Below are positions 27,371 through 35,384 of a stretch of 64,000 nt of DNA, in pieces. Numbering within the stretch: position 1 is the stretch's first letter; the number at the start of each line of letters is the position of its first letter. This DNA is from Actinomycetes bacterium. GTDB lineage: Bacteria > Actinomycetota > Acidimicrobiia > Acidimicrobiales > GCA-2861595. The DNA lies in contig JAHFUS010000005.1 of NCBI GenBank assembly GCA_023264975.1, positions 10,771 to 74,770 on the forward strand, in the 5' to 3' direction. A model generated the notes under the pieces. The model worked only from the letters and a program-made list of their open reading frames with translations, searched no databases and was not told where the DNA came from. The position numbers and the translations under genes were made by a program.

Positions 27371-28519
27371 CTACGCCCCGTCCGGCAACGCCGTCGCCGC
27401 CATCGGGGCGGTGACATCGAGGCGGTAGCCCCGACCGGGGCTGGGCCGGAGCGCCGCTCCGCACGGCCCCAGGCGTCGGCGCAGGCGGGTGATGGTGGCC
27501 TCCAGGAGATGGGGGTCGGCGGTGGGCGATCCCCAGAGCTTCTGGAGGAGCACGGGCCGGGACACCACCGCCCCGGGCCGGTTGGCCAGCAGGGCGAACA
27601 CGGCCTGCTCCAGCGGCGGCATCTCCACCGTGCGATCGCCGATCTGCACGGCGAAGCCCTGCACCACCACCTCGGTCCCGGCCAGCACCAGGGTGCGCCG
27701 GCGGTCCTCGAACCGATCGCTCAGGGCCCGGATCATCAGCCCGAGGCGCCCGATCGCCGGCTCGACCGGAGCCTCGATGCCCTCGTCGCGGGCCACGCCG
27801 GCGCACACCGCCCCGACGCAGGCGGCGACCAGGCCGCCCGAGTTGAACGCCCGGCGCAGGTGCTGGTCGCGGTTGTGATGGGCGGCGACAGCGAAGAGGT
27901 TCTGGACAGCGGGGGCGCTGGTGAACGTCACGGCATCGACCCGCCCGTCACAGGCGGCGTCCACCAGGCGCAGGGCGGGGCCGGTGTCGTCGGGCATCCG
28001 CCAGCGGTAGACCGGCACCTCGACCACGTCGGCGCCCCGCTTTCGAAGCGCCAGGGTGATGTCGACCGCCTCCGCACCAGCCTCCTGTACTGCGACTCGC
28101 TTGCCCTCGAGGGACTCGGCCAGGAGTAGGGGCAGCAGCTGGTCGAGGCGCTCGTTGGGGGACGACTGCCATACGGTCATCCCCGCCGCCTGCACGGCGC
28201 CGGCCGACTTGGGCCCCCGGGCCACGATCCGGGCCGGCGTGAGGGCTGAAAGCAGCGCCTCACCCATGCCCCAGGCCTGGGCTGCCTCCAGCCACGCCCG
28301 CATGCCGATCCCGGTGGTGGCCACCAGGTAGTCCGGCGGCTCGCCGGCCACCGAAGCGGTGGCGGAACGCAGCGCTTCGTCGGAGGCCAGGTACTGGGTG
28401 GCGATGCTCGGCCCGTGCAGGACACGGGCCCCGCGCCGGCGCAACAACTCGGCCTGGTCCTCCCAGCGGCGGTCGGCGGTGACGCCCACGGTGTAGCCCT
28501 CCAGGGGGCGCAACGGCAT
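27371..28519 (-). CDS. HemD-like (uroporphyrinogen-III synthase domain) plus OmpR-type winged-helix regulator, NnaR-like
   Basis: The N-terminal 250 aa have the HemD fold pattern (VGVTADRR..ELLRRRGA.V...P, TTGIG.R.W, FTSAPAV). The C-terminus has LPPLE.AVFALLA..PG.VVSR..LL..LWG....D.H.LE..I.RLRRRLG..G.. RGYRL. ATG 28519 chosen; sequence upstream is low-GC and non-coding-like. Confidence 0.85.
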   Translation of the reverse strand: MPLRPLEGYTVGVTADRRWEDQAELLRRRGARVLHGPSIATQYLASDEALRSATASVAGEPPDYLVATTGIGMRAWLEAAQAWGMGEALLSALTPARIVARGPKSAGAVQAAGMTVWQSSPNERLDQLLPLLLAESLEGKRVAVQEAGAEAVDITLALRKRGADVVEVPVYRWRMPDDTGPALRLVDAACDGRVDAVTFTSAPAVQNLFAVAAHHNRDQHLRRAFNSGGLVAACVGAVCAGVARDEGIEAPVEPAIGRLGLMIRALSDRFEDRRRTLVLAGTEVVVQGFAVQIGDRTVEMPPLEQAVFALLANRPGAVVSRPVLLQKLWGSPTADPHLLEATITRLRRRLGPCGAALRPSPGRGYRLDVTAPMAATALPDGA

Positions 28520-28617
28520 TCCCCAATCCTGGGGGGGAGGTGTTACCAACTTGTTTCTGCCGCCCTGGTATCGGGGTGAAATCCGTCTGAACGGCGGCTG
28601 TACGCGTCGTGTCGTGC

Positions 28618-30849
28618 TCACATGCGCTCGATCCGTACGGCCGCCTGTTTGTAGTTGGGTTCGCGCGAGATCGGGTCGAACTCATCGACGGTGAGGCGGT
28701 TTGCGCAGCGCTCGTCGTAGTGGAAGGGCACGAACACCTCGCCCTCGCGCACGATGGCCGTTACCCGCACCAGCAGGTCGTCCACCACGCCCCGCCGCGA
28801 CGCCAGCCGCACCAGGTCGCCGGAGCCGAGGCCGAGGTGCTCCGCGTCGACCGGGTTGATCTCCACCCACGCCTCCGGCGCAAGGTGGTCGAGCACCGCC
28901 ACCCGGCCGGTCTTGGTGCGGGTGTGCCAGTGCTCGACGGTGCGACCGGTGTTCAACAGGAACGGGTAGCGGGAGCTCGGGGCGTCGCTGATGGGCTGCG
29001 GGGTGACGCACCACAGCTTCGCCCTGCCGCTCGGCGTCTGGAACACGCCGTCGGCGTAGATGCGTGGGGTGCCTCCCACCGCCTCCGTCTCCGGCGTGCA
29101 CGGCCACTGGACGCCGCCCGCGGCGTCGATGCGGTCGTACGTGATGCCGCTGTAGTCACACAGCCGCCCGGCCGACACCCGGGCCCATTCGATGAACGCG
29201 TCCTCGGGTGTGGTCCACCCCGGGTAGAGCTCGCCGGCCATGCCGAATGCCTGGGCCATGGCGAGGAAGATGTCGAAGTCGGCCTTGGCCTGGCCCGGCG
29301 GCTCGACCGCTTTGCGGACCCGGGAGACCCGGCGCTCGGCGTTGGTGTAGGTGCCGTCCTTCTCGCCCCAGATGGCGGCGGGGAGCACCACATCGGCCAT
29401 GGCGGTGGTGGGCGTGGCGAAGCCGTCCTGCACGACGAACAGGTCGAGCTTGCGGATGGCCGCCTCCAGGCGGGCCCGGTTCGGGAAGGACACCACCGGG
29501 TTGGTGGCGATGACCCAAAGCCCCTTGATGGTGCCGTCGAGGACGCCGTCGATGATGTCGGGGTAGGCCCGGCCCCGCTCGGTGGGGAGGCGATCGGCGG
29601 GCACGCCCCACAGGGCCGCCATCTCAGCCCGGGCGGCCGGGTCGTCCCAGTTGCGGTAGCCGGGCAGCGATGCGGTGCCGCCCGCCTCCCGGGTGCCCAT
29701 GGCGTTGCACTGGCCGGTGAGGGAGAAGGGGGCGGCGCCGGCCCGACCCACATTGCCCGTCACCAGGCACAGGGTGTTGAGCAGCGTGACGGTCTCGGTG
29801 CCCTGCACCGAGTGGTTGACGCCCATCGTCCACGCCACGAAGGCCCGCTCGGCCCTACCGAAGGCGAGGGCCGCCTCCCGGATCTGATCGGCCGGCACGC
29901 CGCAGTCGACCGCCACCCGGTCGAGGTCGTAGGCGGCCACGTGGGCGGCCAGCTCGGCGAAGCCCTCGGTGTGGGCGTCGACGTAAGCCCGGTCGACAAG
30001 GCCCTCGTCGATGATCACCTTCAGCATCCCGTTGACCAGGGCGATGTCGCTGCGGGGCCGGACGGCCAGGTGGAGGTCGGCGACCATGGCCGTCTTGGTG
30101 ACGCGCGGGTCGACCACGATCACGGTGGCGCCGGCGTTGTCGAGCACGCGGGGCGCCAGCAGCGGATGGTTGTCGGCCACGTTGGCGCCGACGAGCAGGA
30201 TTACGTCGGCCTGCTCGAGGTCCTCATAGGCGCCCGGCGGGCCGTCGCTGCCGAAGCTGCGCTTGTAACCGGCCACCGCGCTCGACATGCACAGCGTGGT
30301 GTTGCCGTCGTAGTGGCGCAGGCCCAGGCCGCCCCGGCACAGCTTGCCAAGGGCGTAGAACTCCTCGGTCACCAGTTGGCCGGTGCTGATGACGGCCACC
30401 GCCTCGGGCCCGTGCTCGTGCAGCAGCCGGTTGAAGCCCACGACGGTGGCGCCCAGCGCCTCGTCCCAGGTGGCCGGCTCCTGGGCGCCGCCCGCCGACC
30501 TGCGAAGGAGGGGAGTGGTGAGTCGCCCTTGTGCGGCAAGGGTCTGGTGCTCGGAGAGGCCCTTAGGGCACAGGCGACCCGCGTTCACCGGGTGGTCGGG
30601 ATCGCCCTGAACCGCCACCGCAATGCCGTCCTTGACACCCACGAACATGCCGCACCCCACCGCGCAGTAGCCGCACGTCGTGCGCACCCACGTGTCGGGT
30701 TTTCGGGTCTCGTTCAGCGTTCCGAACCGGTCGTCGGCCACGTACGCCCGCGGCGACGTGCTGGCCGCCCGTGCCGCGTCGGCCGCTTCCTCGGACCGGG
30801 TCCCCAGCCCGAGCAGCCGGGTGAGGGCGGCTCCCCCCGGCCGGCTCAC
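28618..30849 (-). CDS. Molybdopterin oxidoreductase, assimilatory nitrate reductase type (NasA/NasC/NarB-like), no Tat signal
   Basis: N-terminal 4Fe-4S motif TTCGYCAVGCG..RLCPKG. Mo-ligand region NTTLCMSSAVAGY. SLTGQCNAMGTRE. C-terminal TGRTVEHWHTRTKTG. GTG 30849 has no obvious SD, so the start is provisional. Confidence 0.88.
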   Translation of the reverse strand: MSRPGGAALTRLLGLGTRSEEAADAARAASTSPRAYVADDRFGTLNETRKPDTWVRTTCGYCAVGCGMFVGVKDGIAVAVQGDPDHPVNAGRLCPKGLSEHQTLAAQGRLTTPLLRRSAGGAQEPATWDEALGATVVGFNRLLHEHGPEAVAVISTGQLVTEEFYALGKLCRGGLGLRHYDGNTTLCMSSAVAGYKRSFGSDGPPGAYEDLEQADVILLVGANVADNHPLLAPRVLDNAGATVIVVDPRVTKTAMVADLHLAVRPRSDIALVNGMLKVIIDEGLVDRAYVDAHTEGFAELAAHVAAYDLDRVAVDCGVPADQIREAALAFGRAERAFVAWTMGVNHSVQGTETVTLLNTLCLVTGNVGRAGAAPFSLTGQCNAMGTREAGGTASLPGYRNWDDPAARAEMAALWGVPADRLPTERGRAYPDIIDGVLDGTIKGLWVIATNPVVSFPNRARLEAAIRKLDLFVVQDGFATPTTAMADVVLPAAIWGEKDGTYTNAERRVSRVRKAVEPPGQAKADFDIFLAMAQAFGMAGELYPGWTTPEDAFIEWARVSAGRLCDYSGITYDRIDAAGGVQWPCTPETEAVGGTPRIYADGVFQTPSGRAKLWCVTPQPISDAPSSRYPFLLNTGRTVEHWHTRTKTGRVAVLDHLAPEAWVEINPVDAEHLGLGSGDLVRLASRRGVVDDLLVRVTAIVREGEVFVPFHYDERCANRLTVDEFDPISREPNYKQAAVRIERM

Positions 30850-30859
30850 GGCCCGGCCG

Positions 30860-30906
30860 CTTTCGAGTAAATAGGGTGTCGTTTTGACACCCTATTTACT
30901 CGAAAG
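30860..30906. repeat. 47-nt perfect palindrome (21-bp stem, 5-nt loop) between the Fe-S/anchor gene and the nitrate reductase gene
   Basis: ctttcgagtaaatagggtgtc-gtttt-gacaccctatttactcgaaag. 30860-30880 pairs perfectly with 30886-30906. Markedly AT-richer than the flanks. Lies 13 nt after the upstream stop and 10 nt before GTG 30849. Confidence 0.9.
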
Positions 30907-30919
30907 AGGGGGAGGGCGG

Positions 30920-32479
30920 TCATCGGCCGGAGAAGAAGCTGCCGGCGACCCGGAACGGGACGACGGTGACGTAGAAGAGGTAGCGGCCGGCCAGCTCGCC
31001 GAGGGCGGCGACGCCCAGAGCGGTGGCCAGGCGGCCACCGGCGGACGGGCCGGCGAGGGGGACGGTGAGCGTCCACGCCAGCAGCGCGACGGTGACGAAC
31101 ACGGCCGTCACCCGGGCGGCGAGGAGCGTCCTGAAACGGCCGGTGAGGAGGGTGGCGGTGCCCCGGTGCTGGCGGTCGGTGCGGCCCCGGACGGTGCGCA
31201 GGAGGTGGCGCACCGCACCCACCTGGACGGCACCGCCCATTGCGGCTGCGGCCATCAGGCCTGTGGTCAGTGACGGCGCCATCTCGGCCCGGTCGAGGCA
31301 CAGGGCGGCGAGGAGGGGACCGGTGGCGAGAGCAGCGGCGAAGAACTGCACCAGGGTCCGGCGGGAGTTCCATACCGGGCGGGCGGGCACGAGGTAGAGC
31401 CGACCGCTGGCATACACGCCGGCCGCGCCGGCCACCACGGTGCCGACGCCGAGGGCGAGGCGGGGGCCGAGGCCGACGTCGCCGCCCCATTCCCATGCCG
31501 CGGCGTAGGCGAGCGACGCGCCGGAGAAGGCGGACAGCAGGGCGACCTCCCGGCTGAGCCACGACGTGCGCCAGTTCCGCAATGCCTTGAAGGCGACGGC
31601 CGGCCGGCCCAGGTGGAACAGGGAGGCGGCCAGGGCGACGGCGCCGGCGAGGGCGGCGCCCACCGCGCCGCCGGCCAGACCGCCCCGGCCCGCTCCACCG
31701 GCTGCCTCGGCGACCACGGTGGAGGCGACCGTGCCGAGGGACAGCTGGGTGAGCAGGGTGAGGGCCACCAGGGGCCAGTGGGGGTCTTCTGGCTTCACCG
31801 AGTAATCGGTGGCCGCCACCAGGTCGGGGAGACCGGCGGGGGTGACGATGCGGGTGGTGGAAAGGGTGATGGACGCCGGGGGTAGGCCGGGGGCGTCGGC
31901 GGTCGCGTGGTCGGCCCGCCATTCGGCCACGTTCACCGGCTCGACAGTGATGGCCGACGTGGGGCAGGCCAGCACGCACGCCGGACTCTCGCCCTGCGAC
32001 AGCCGGGGCAGGCACATGTCGCACTTGGCTACGACCTTCGCCGCCTTGTCGTACACGGGAACCTCATAGGGGCAGTTCCAGATGCAGTACTGGCAGCCGA
32101 TGCACTCGGCTGCGTCGTGGCGCACGACGCCGTTCTGCAGCTTGGTGTAGGCCTGCGTGGGGCAGCCCGACAGGCAGGTGGGCTCCAGGCAGTGATTGCA
32201 CGCCATGGACAGGTTGAGGCGCCTGGTCGTGGGAAAGGCGCCCCCTTCAAGCTCGCCCACCCGCCGCCAGGCCTTGTCGACGGGCGTGGCGTTCTGCTCG
32301 GCGCAGGCGACCTCACAGGAGTGGCAGCCGACGCACGCGTCCATGGCGAAGCTGAAGCGGTACTGCTCGCCGGCGTCGAGGGGCAGCAGTCCTGGGCCGC
32401 GCTCGTCGATACCCGTGAGCTTCCGCAAGCGATCGGTGACCGGTGCGACCGTTGCATCCCGGTCCTCGAGGAGCGTCAA
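30920..32479 (-). CDS. Fusion protein: four-cluster 4Fe-4S ferredoxin domain (DmsB/NrfC-like) plus polytopic membrane anchor (DmsC-like)
   Basis: CVGCHSCEVAC, CNHCLEPTCLSGCP, CIGCQYCIWNCP and CDMCLPR..ACVLACP. These are followed by about 8 hydrophobic helices (PLVALTLLTQLSLGTVA.., LSREVALLSAFSGASLAY.. etc.). TTG start in a TTGA overlap with the nirD stop. Confidence 0.85.
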   Translation of the reverse strand: MTLLEDRDATVAPVTDRLRKLTGIDERGPGLLPLDAGEQYRFSFAMDACVGCHSCEVACAEQNATPVDKAWRRVGELEGGAFPTTRRLNLSMACNHCLEPTCLSGCPTQAYTKLQNGVVRHDAAECIGCQYCIWNCPYEVPVYDKAAKVVAKCDMCLPRLSQGESPACVLACPTSAITVEPVNVAEWRADHATADAPGLPPASITLSTTRIVTPAGLPDLVAATDYSVKPEDPHWPLVALTLLTQLSLGTVASTVVAEAAGGAGRGGLAGGAVGAALAGAVALAASLFHLGRPAVAFKALRNWRTSWLSREVALLSAFSGASLAYAAAWEWGGDVGLGPRLALGVGTVVAGAAGVYASGRLYLVPARPVWNSRRTLVQFFAAALATGPLLAALCLDRAEMAPSLTTGLMAAAAMGGAVQVGAVRHLLRTVRGRTDRQHRGTATLLTGRFRTLLAARVTAVFVTVALLAWTLTVPLAGPSAGGRLATALGVAALGELAGRYLFYVTVVPFRVAGSFFSGR

Positions 32480-32829
32480 GTGATCGCGACCTCGACCCTG
32501 CCATCGCGCTCACGGATCAGATGAACCGGGAGGGACACGGCGGGATCGTCGAGGCACGTACCCGTGCGCAGGTCGAAGCTCTGCTTGTACATCGGTGACG
32601 CGACCTTGGGCACATCGCCCTTCGAACCCACGATGCCGCGGGAGATCACGTTGGCGCCGCTGAACGGGTCGTGGTTCGAAAGGGCGAACAGCTCGTCGGT
32701 GGGCGAGACGCGGAACAACGCGACCTGCCGGCCGTCCACCAGGGCGCACGCGCCCCGGTCGGGGACGAGGTCGTCGAAGGCGCAGACGTCCTGCCAGGTG
32801 AGCGTGGCGGTATCGAGGATGGCTGTCAT
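32476..32829 (-). CDS. nirD: Nitrite reductase [NAD(P)H] small subunit NirD
   Basis: Last 117 codons of the 682-aa ORF: MTAILDTATLTWQDVCAFDDLVPDRGACALVDGRQVALFRV..ALSNHDPFSGANVISRGIVG..VASPMYKQSFDLRTG.C. ATGA overlap with the nirB stop. Confidence 0.93.
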   Translation of the reverse strand: MTAILDTATLTWQDVCAFDDLVPDRGACALVDGRQVALFRVSPTDELFALSNHDPFSGANVISRGIVGSKGDVPKVASPMYKQSFDLRTGTCLDDPAVSLPVHLIRERDGRVEVAIT

Positions 32830-35384
32830 GAAGATCGGACCTCCTGCTTCTCGTGGGAGAAGGCGGGGCGGCGCTGGCCGCGTTCGGCGACGAAGACGAC
32901 GTTGGGGTCGGGCTCGTCGGAGTTCACGAAGGTGCGGAAGCGCGCCACCTTCTCGGGATCGTTGATGGTGGCTGCCCACTCGCACTCGTACTCGGCCACG
33001 TGGCGGTCCATCTCGGCGTCGAGCTCGGCACAGATGCCGAGGGCGTCGTCGAGGACCACCGCCTTGAGGTGGTCGAGGCCGCCCTCGAGCTTGTTGAGCC
33101 ACGTGGCCGTGCGCTCCAGGCGGTCGGCCGTGCGGATGTAGTACCCGAGGAAGCGGTCGATGGTGCGGATGAGGATGTCGTGGTCCACCCCTTCGACCAG
33201 CAGCTGGGCGTGCTGGGGGCGCATGCCGCCGTTGCCGCACACGTAGAGGTTCCAGCCCTGCTCCGTGGCGATGATGCCGAAGTCCTTGCTCTGAGCCTCG
33301 GCGCACTCGCGGGTGCAGCCGGAGACGGCCGACTTCAGCTTGTGGGGCGCCCGCAGTCCCCGGTACCGCAGCTCGATCTCGATGGCCAGGCTGGTGGAGT
33401 CCTGCACCCCGTAACGGCACCAGGTGGTACCGACGCACGACTTCACCGTGCGCAGCGCCTTGCCGTACGCGTGGCCCGACTCCATGCCGGCGTCGATGAG
33501 GCGGCTCCAGATCTCGGGCAGGTGGTCGACCCGGGCTCCGAGCAGGTCGATGCGCTGGCCGCCTGTGATCTTGCAGTAGAGGCCGTAGTCCTTGGCGACC
33601 TGGCCGATCACGATGAGCTGGTCGGGGGTGATCTCGCCACCCGGCACGCGGGGGATGACCGAGTAGGTGCCGTCGCGCTGGAGGTTGGCCAGGAAGTGGT
33701 CGTTGGTGTCCTGGAGGGGCGCCTGGGAGCGCTCGAGGATGTAGCCGCCTCCGACGCCCAGCGACGCGAACATCGACGCCACCGCCGGCTTGCACACCTC
33801 GCAGCCGAGGCCGCGGCCGTGGTCGGCCAGCACCTGGGAGAACGAGGTGAGGCGGTGCACGCGGACGATGTCGAACAGCTCGGCGCGGCTGTAGTCGAAG
33901 TGCTCGCACAGGTTGTTGCGGACCTCGATGCCCGCCTTGCGCAGCTCCAGCTTCAGCAGGTCGGTGACCACGGGGACGCAACCCCCACAGCCTGTTCCTG
34001 CCGCCGTGCACGCCTTCAGGGCGGGGACATCGACGGCCCCGCCCTGGACGGCGGCGCAGATGGCGCCCTTGCTCACGCTGTTGCACGAGCAGACCATGGC
34101 GGTGTCGGAGAGCGACTCGACGCCCATACCGACGGCGGCACCGTCGCCGGTGCGGACGGGCAGGACCAGCTCTTCGCAGTTGGGCGGAGTGGGCATGTCG
34201 CCCCGCACCATCTGCACGAGGGTCTGGTACATCGACGCGTCGCCCACGAGGATTCCGCCGAGCACCTGGGAGCCGTCGCCCGACAGAACAAGGCGCTTGT
34301 ACACGTTGGCCACCGGGTCGGAGAACACGATCGACTCGGCGCCCGGGGTGGCCGCGAACCCGTCGCCGAAGCTGGCCACGTCGATGCCCATGAGCTTCAA
34401 CTTGGTGGACAGGTCGGCCCCGCCGAAGGTGGACTCGCCGCCCAGGATGCGGTCGGCCACGACCCGGGCCATCTGGTAGCCCGGCGCCACCAGCCCCCAG
34501 ATGCGGCCCTCGGCCAGGGCGCACTCACCGATGGCGAAGATGCGGGGATCGCTGGTGCGGCAGGCCGCGTCCACCACCACGCCACCGCGCTCGCCCACCG
34601 CCAGACCGGCCTCCCGGGCCAGCTGGTCGCGGGGGCGGATGCCGGCCGAGAACACCACCAGGTCGACGGGAAGGTCGGCGTCGTCCTCGCCGGCGAAGCG
34701 CATGCCGCACACCCGCCCGTCCGGGCCCTCCAGGATCTCGGAGGTGGCAATGCCCGTGTGGACCGACACCCCCAGGTCCTCGATGCGCCGGCGCAGTGCA
34801 GAACCGCCGCCGTCGTCGACCTGCACCGGCATCAGGCGAGGGGCGAACTCGACCACGTGGGTCTCCAGGCCGAGGCTGCGCAGGGCGTTGGCCGCCTCCA
34901 GGCCGAGCAGGCCCCCGCCCACCACGGCGCCCACCCGCCGGCCCTGGGCGTCGGCCCGGATGGCCTCCAGGTCGTCGAGGGTCCGGTAGACGTGACATCC
35001 GGGCAGGTCCTTTCCGGGTACCGGGGGGACGAAGGGGTAGGAGCCGGTGGCCAGCACCAGGGCGTCGTAGGCGATCCTCGTACCCCGGGTGGACACGACC
35101 TTGCCGGCCTCGGTGTCGATGGAGGCGACGGCGTCGCCAACGTGGACCTCGAGACCGGCCGAGTCGAAGAACCCGGGCGCCACCAGTGACAGTTCCTCGG
35201 CCGACGTCCCGGTGAAGAACGAGCTGAGCCCGACCCGGTCGTAGGCGAGGCGGCCCTCTTCGCAGAAGGTGACGATGTCCCACTCGACGGTGGCGCCCCG
35301 CTCCACCAGCACCTCGAGCAGCTTCTGGCCAACCATGCCGTTGCCGGCGACCACGAGTGTGCGACGGGCGGTGTCCGTCGCCAT
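32826..35384 (-). CDS. nirB: Nitrite reductase [NAD(P)H] large subunit NirB
   Basis: MATDTARRTLVVAGNGMVGQKLLE (FAD/NAD fold), BFD-like CSCN..CGGC, and siroheme/4Fe-4S motifs SCVGTTWCR and SGCTRECAEA. The start ATG shares one base with the narK stop (TGATG). Confidence 0.95.
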   Translation of the reverse strand: MATDTARRTLVVAGNGMVGQKLLEVLVERGATVEWDIVTFCEEGRLAYDRVGLSSFFTGTSAEELSLVAPGFFDSAGLEVHVGDAVASIDTEAGKVVSTRGTRIAYDALVLATGSYPFVPPVPGKDLPGCHVYRTLDDLEAIRADAQGRRVGAVVGGGLLGLEAANALRSLGLETHVVEFAPRLMPVQVDDGGGSALRRRIEDLGVSVHTGIATSEILEGPDGRVCGMRFAGEDDADLPVDLVVFSAGIRPRDQLAREAGLAVGERGGVVVDAACRTSDPRIFAIGECALAEGRIWGLVAPGYQMARVVADRILGGESTFGGADLSTKLKLMGIDVASFGDGFAATPGAESIVFSDPVANVYKRLVLSGDGSQVLGGILVGDASMYQTLVQMVRGDMPTPPNCEELVLPVRTGDGAAVGMGVESLSDTAMVCSCNSVSKGAICAAVQGGAVDVPALKACTAAGTGCGGCVPVVTDLLKLELRKAGIEVRNNLCEHFDYSRAELFDIVRVHRLTSFSQVLADHGRGLGCEVCKPAVASMFASLGVGGGYILERSQAPLQDTNDHFLANLQRDGTYSVIPRVPGGEITPDQLIVIGQVAKDYGLYCKITGGQRIDLLGARVDHLPEIWSRLIDAGMESGHAYGKALRTVKSCVGTTWCRYGVQDSTSLAIEIELRYRGLRAPHKLKSAVSGCTRECAEAQSKDFGIIATEQGWNLYVCGNGGMRPQHAQLLVEGVDHDILIRTIDRFLGYYIRTADRLERTATWLNKLEGGLDHLKAVVLDDALGICAELDAEMDRHVAEYECEWAATINDPEKVARFRTFVNSDEPDPNVVFVAERGQRRPAFSHEKQEVRSS

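Noticed and set aside
28520-28621. Extension of the NnaR-like ORF to 28621, which would overlap the nitrate reductase stop
   Set aside because: This segment is visibly lower in GC (ggtgttaccaacttgtttctgcc..) and translates to a basic, non-domain peptide. The HemD-like domain begins right after ATG 28519, so I treat 28520-28617 as intergenic and possibly an internal promoter.
28609-30870. 753-aa plus-strand ORF, plus similar long ORFs at 32853..35189 (+), 10391..12250 (-), 24250..26061 (-), 57283..59232 (-), 42370..43749 (+), 50535..51989 (-) and 52901..54139 (-)
   Set aside because: All are antisense to genes with strong homology signatures (nitrate reductase, nirB, selD/rnhB, GGDEF, malate synthase, aceE, phaC, helicase). 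All have degenerate Arg/Gly/Pro/His-rich composition. I treat them as shadow ORFs.
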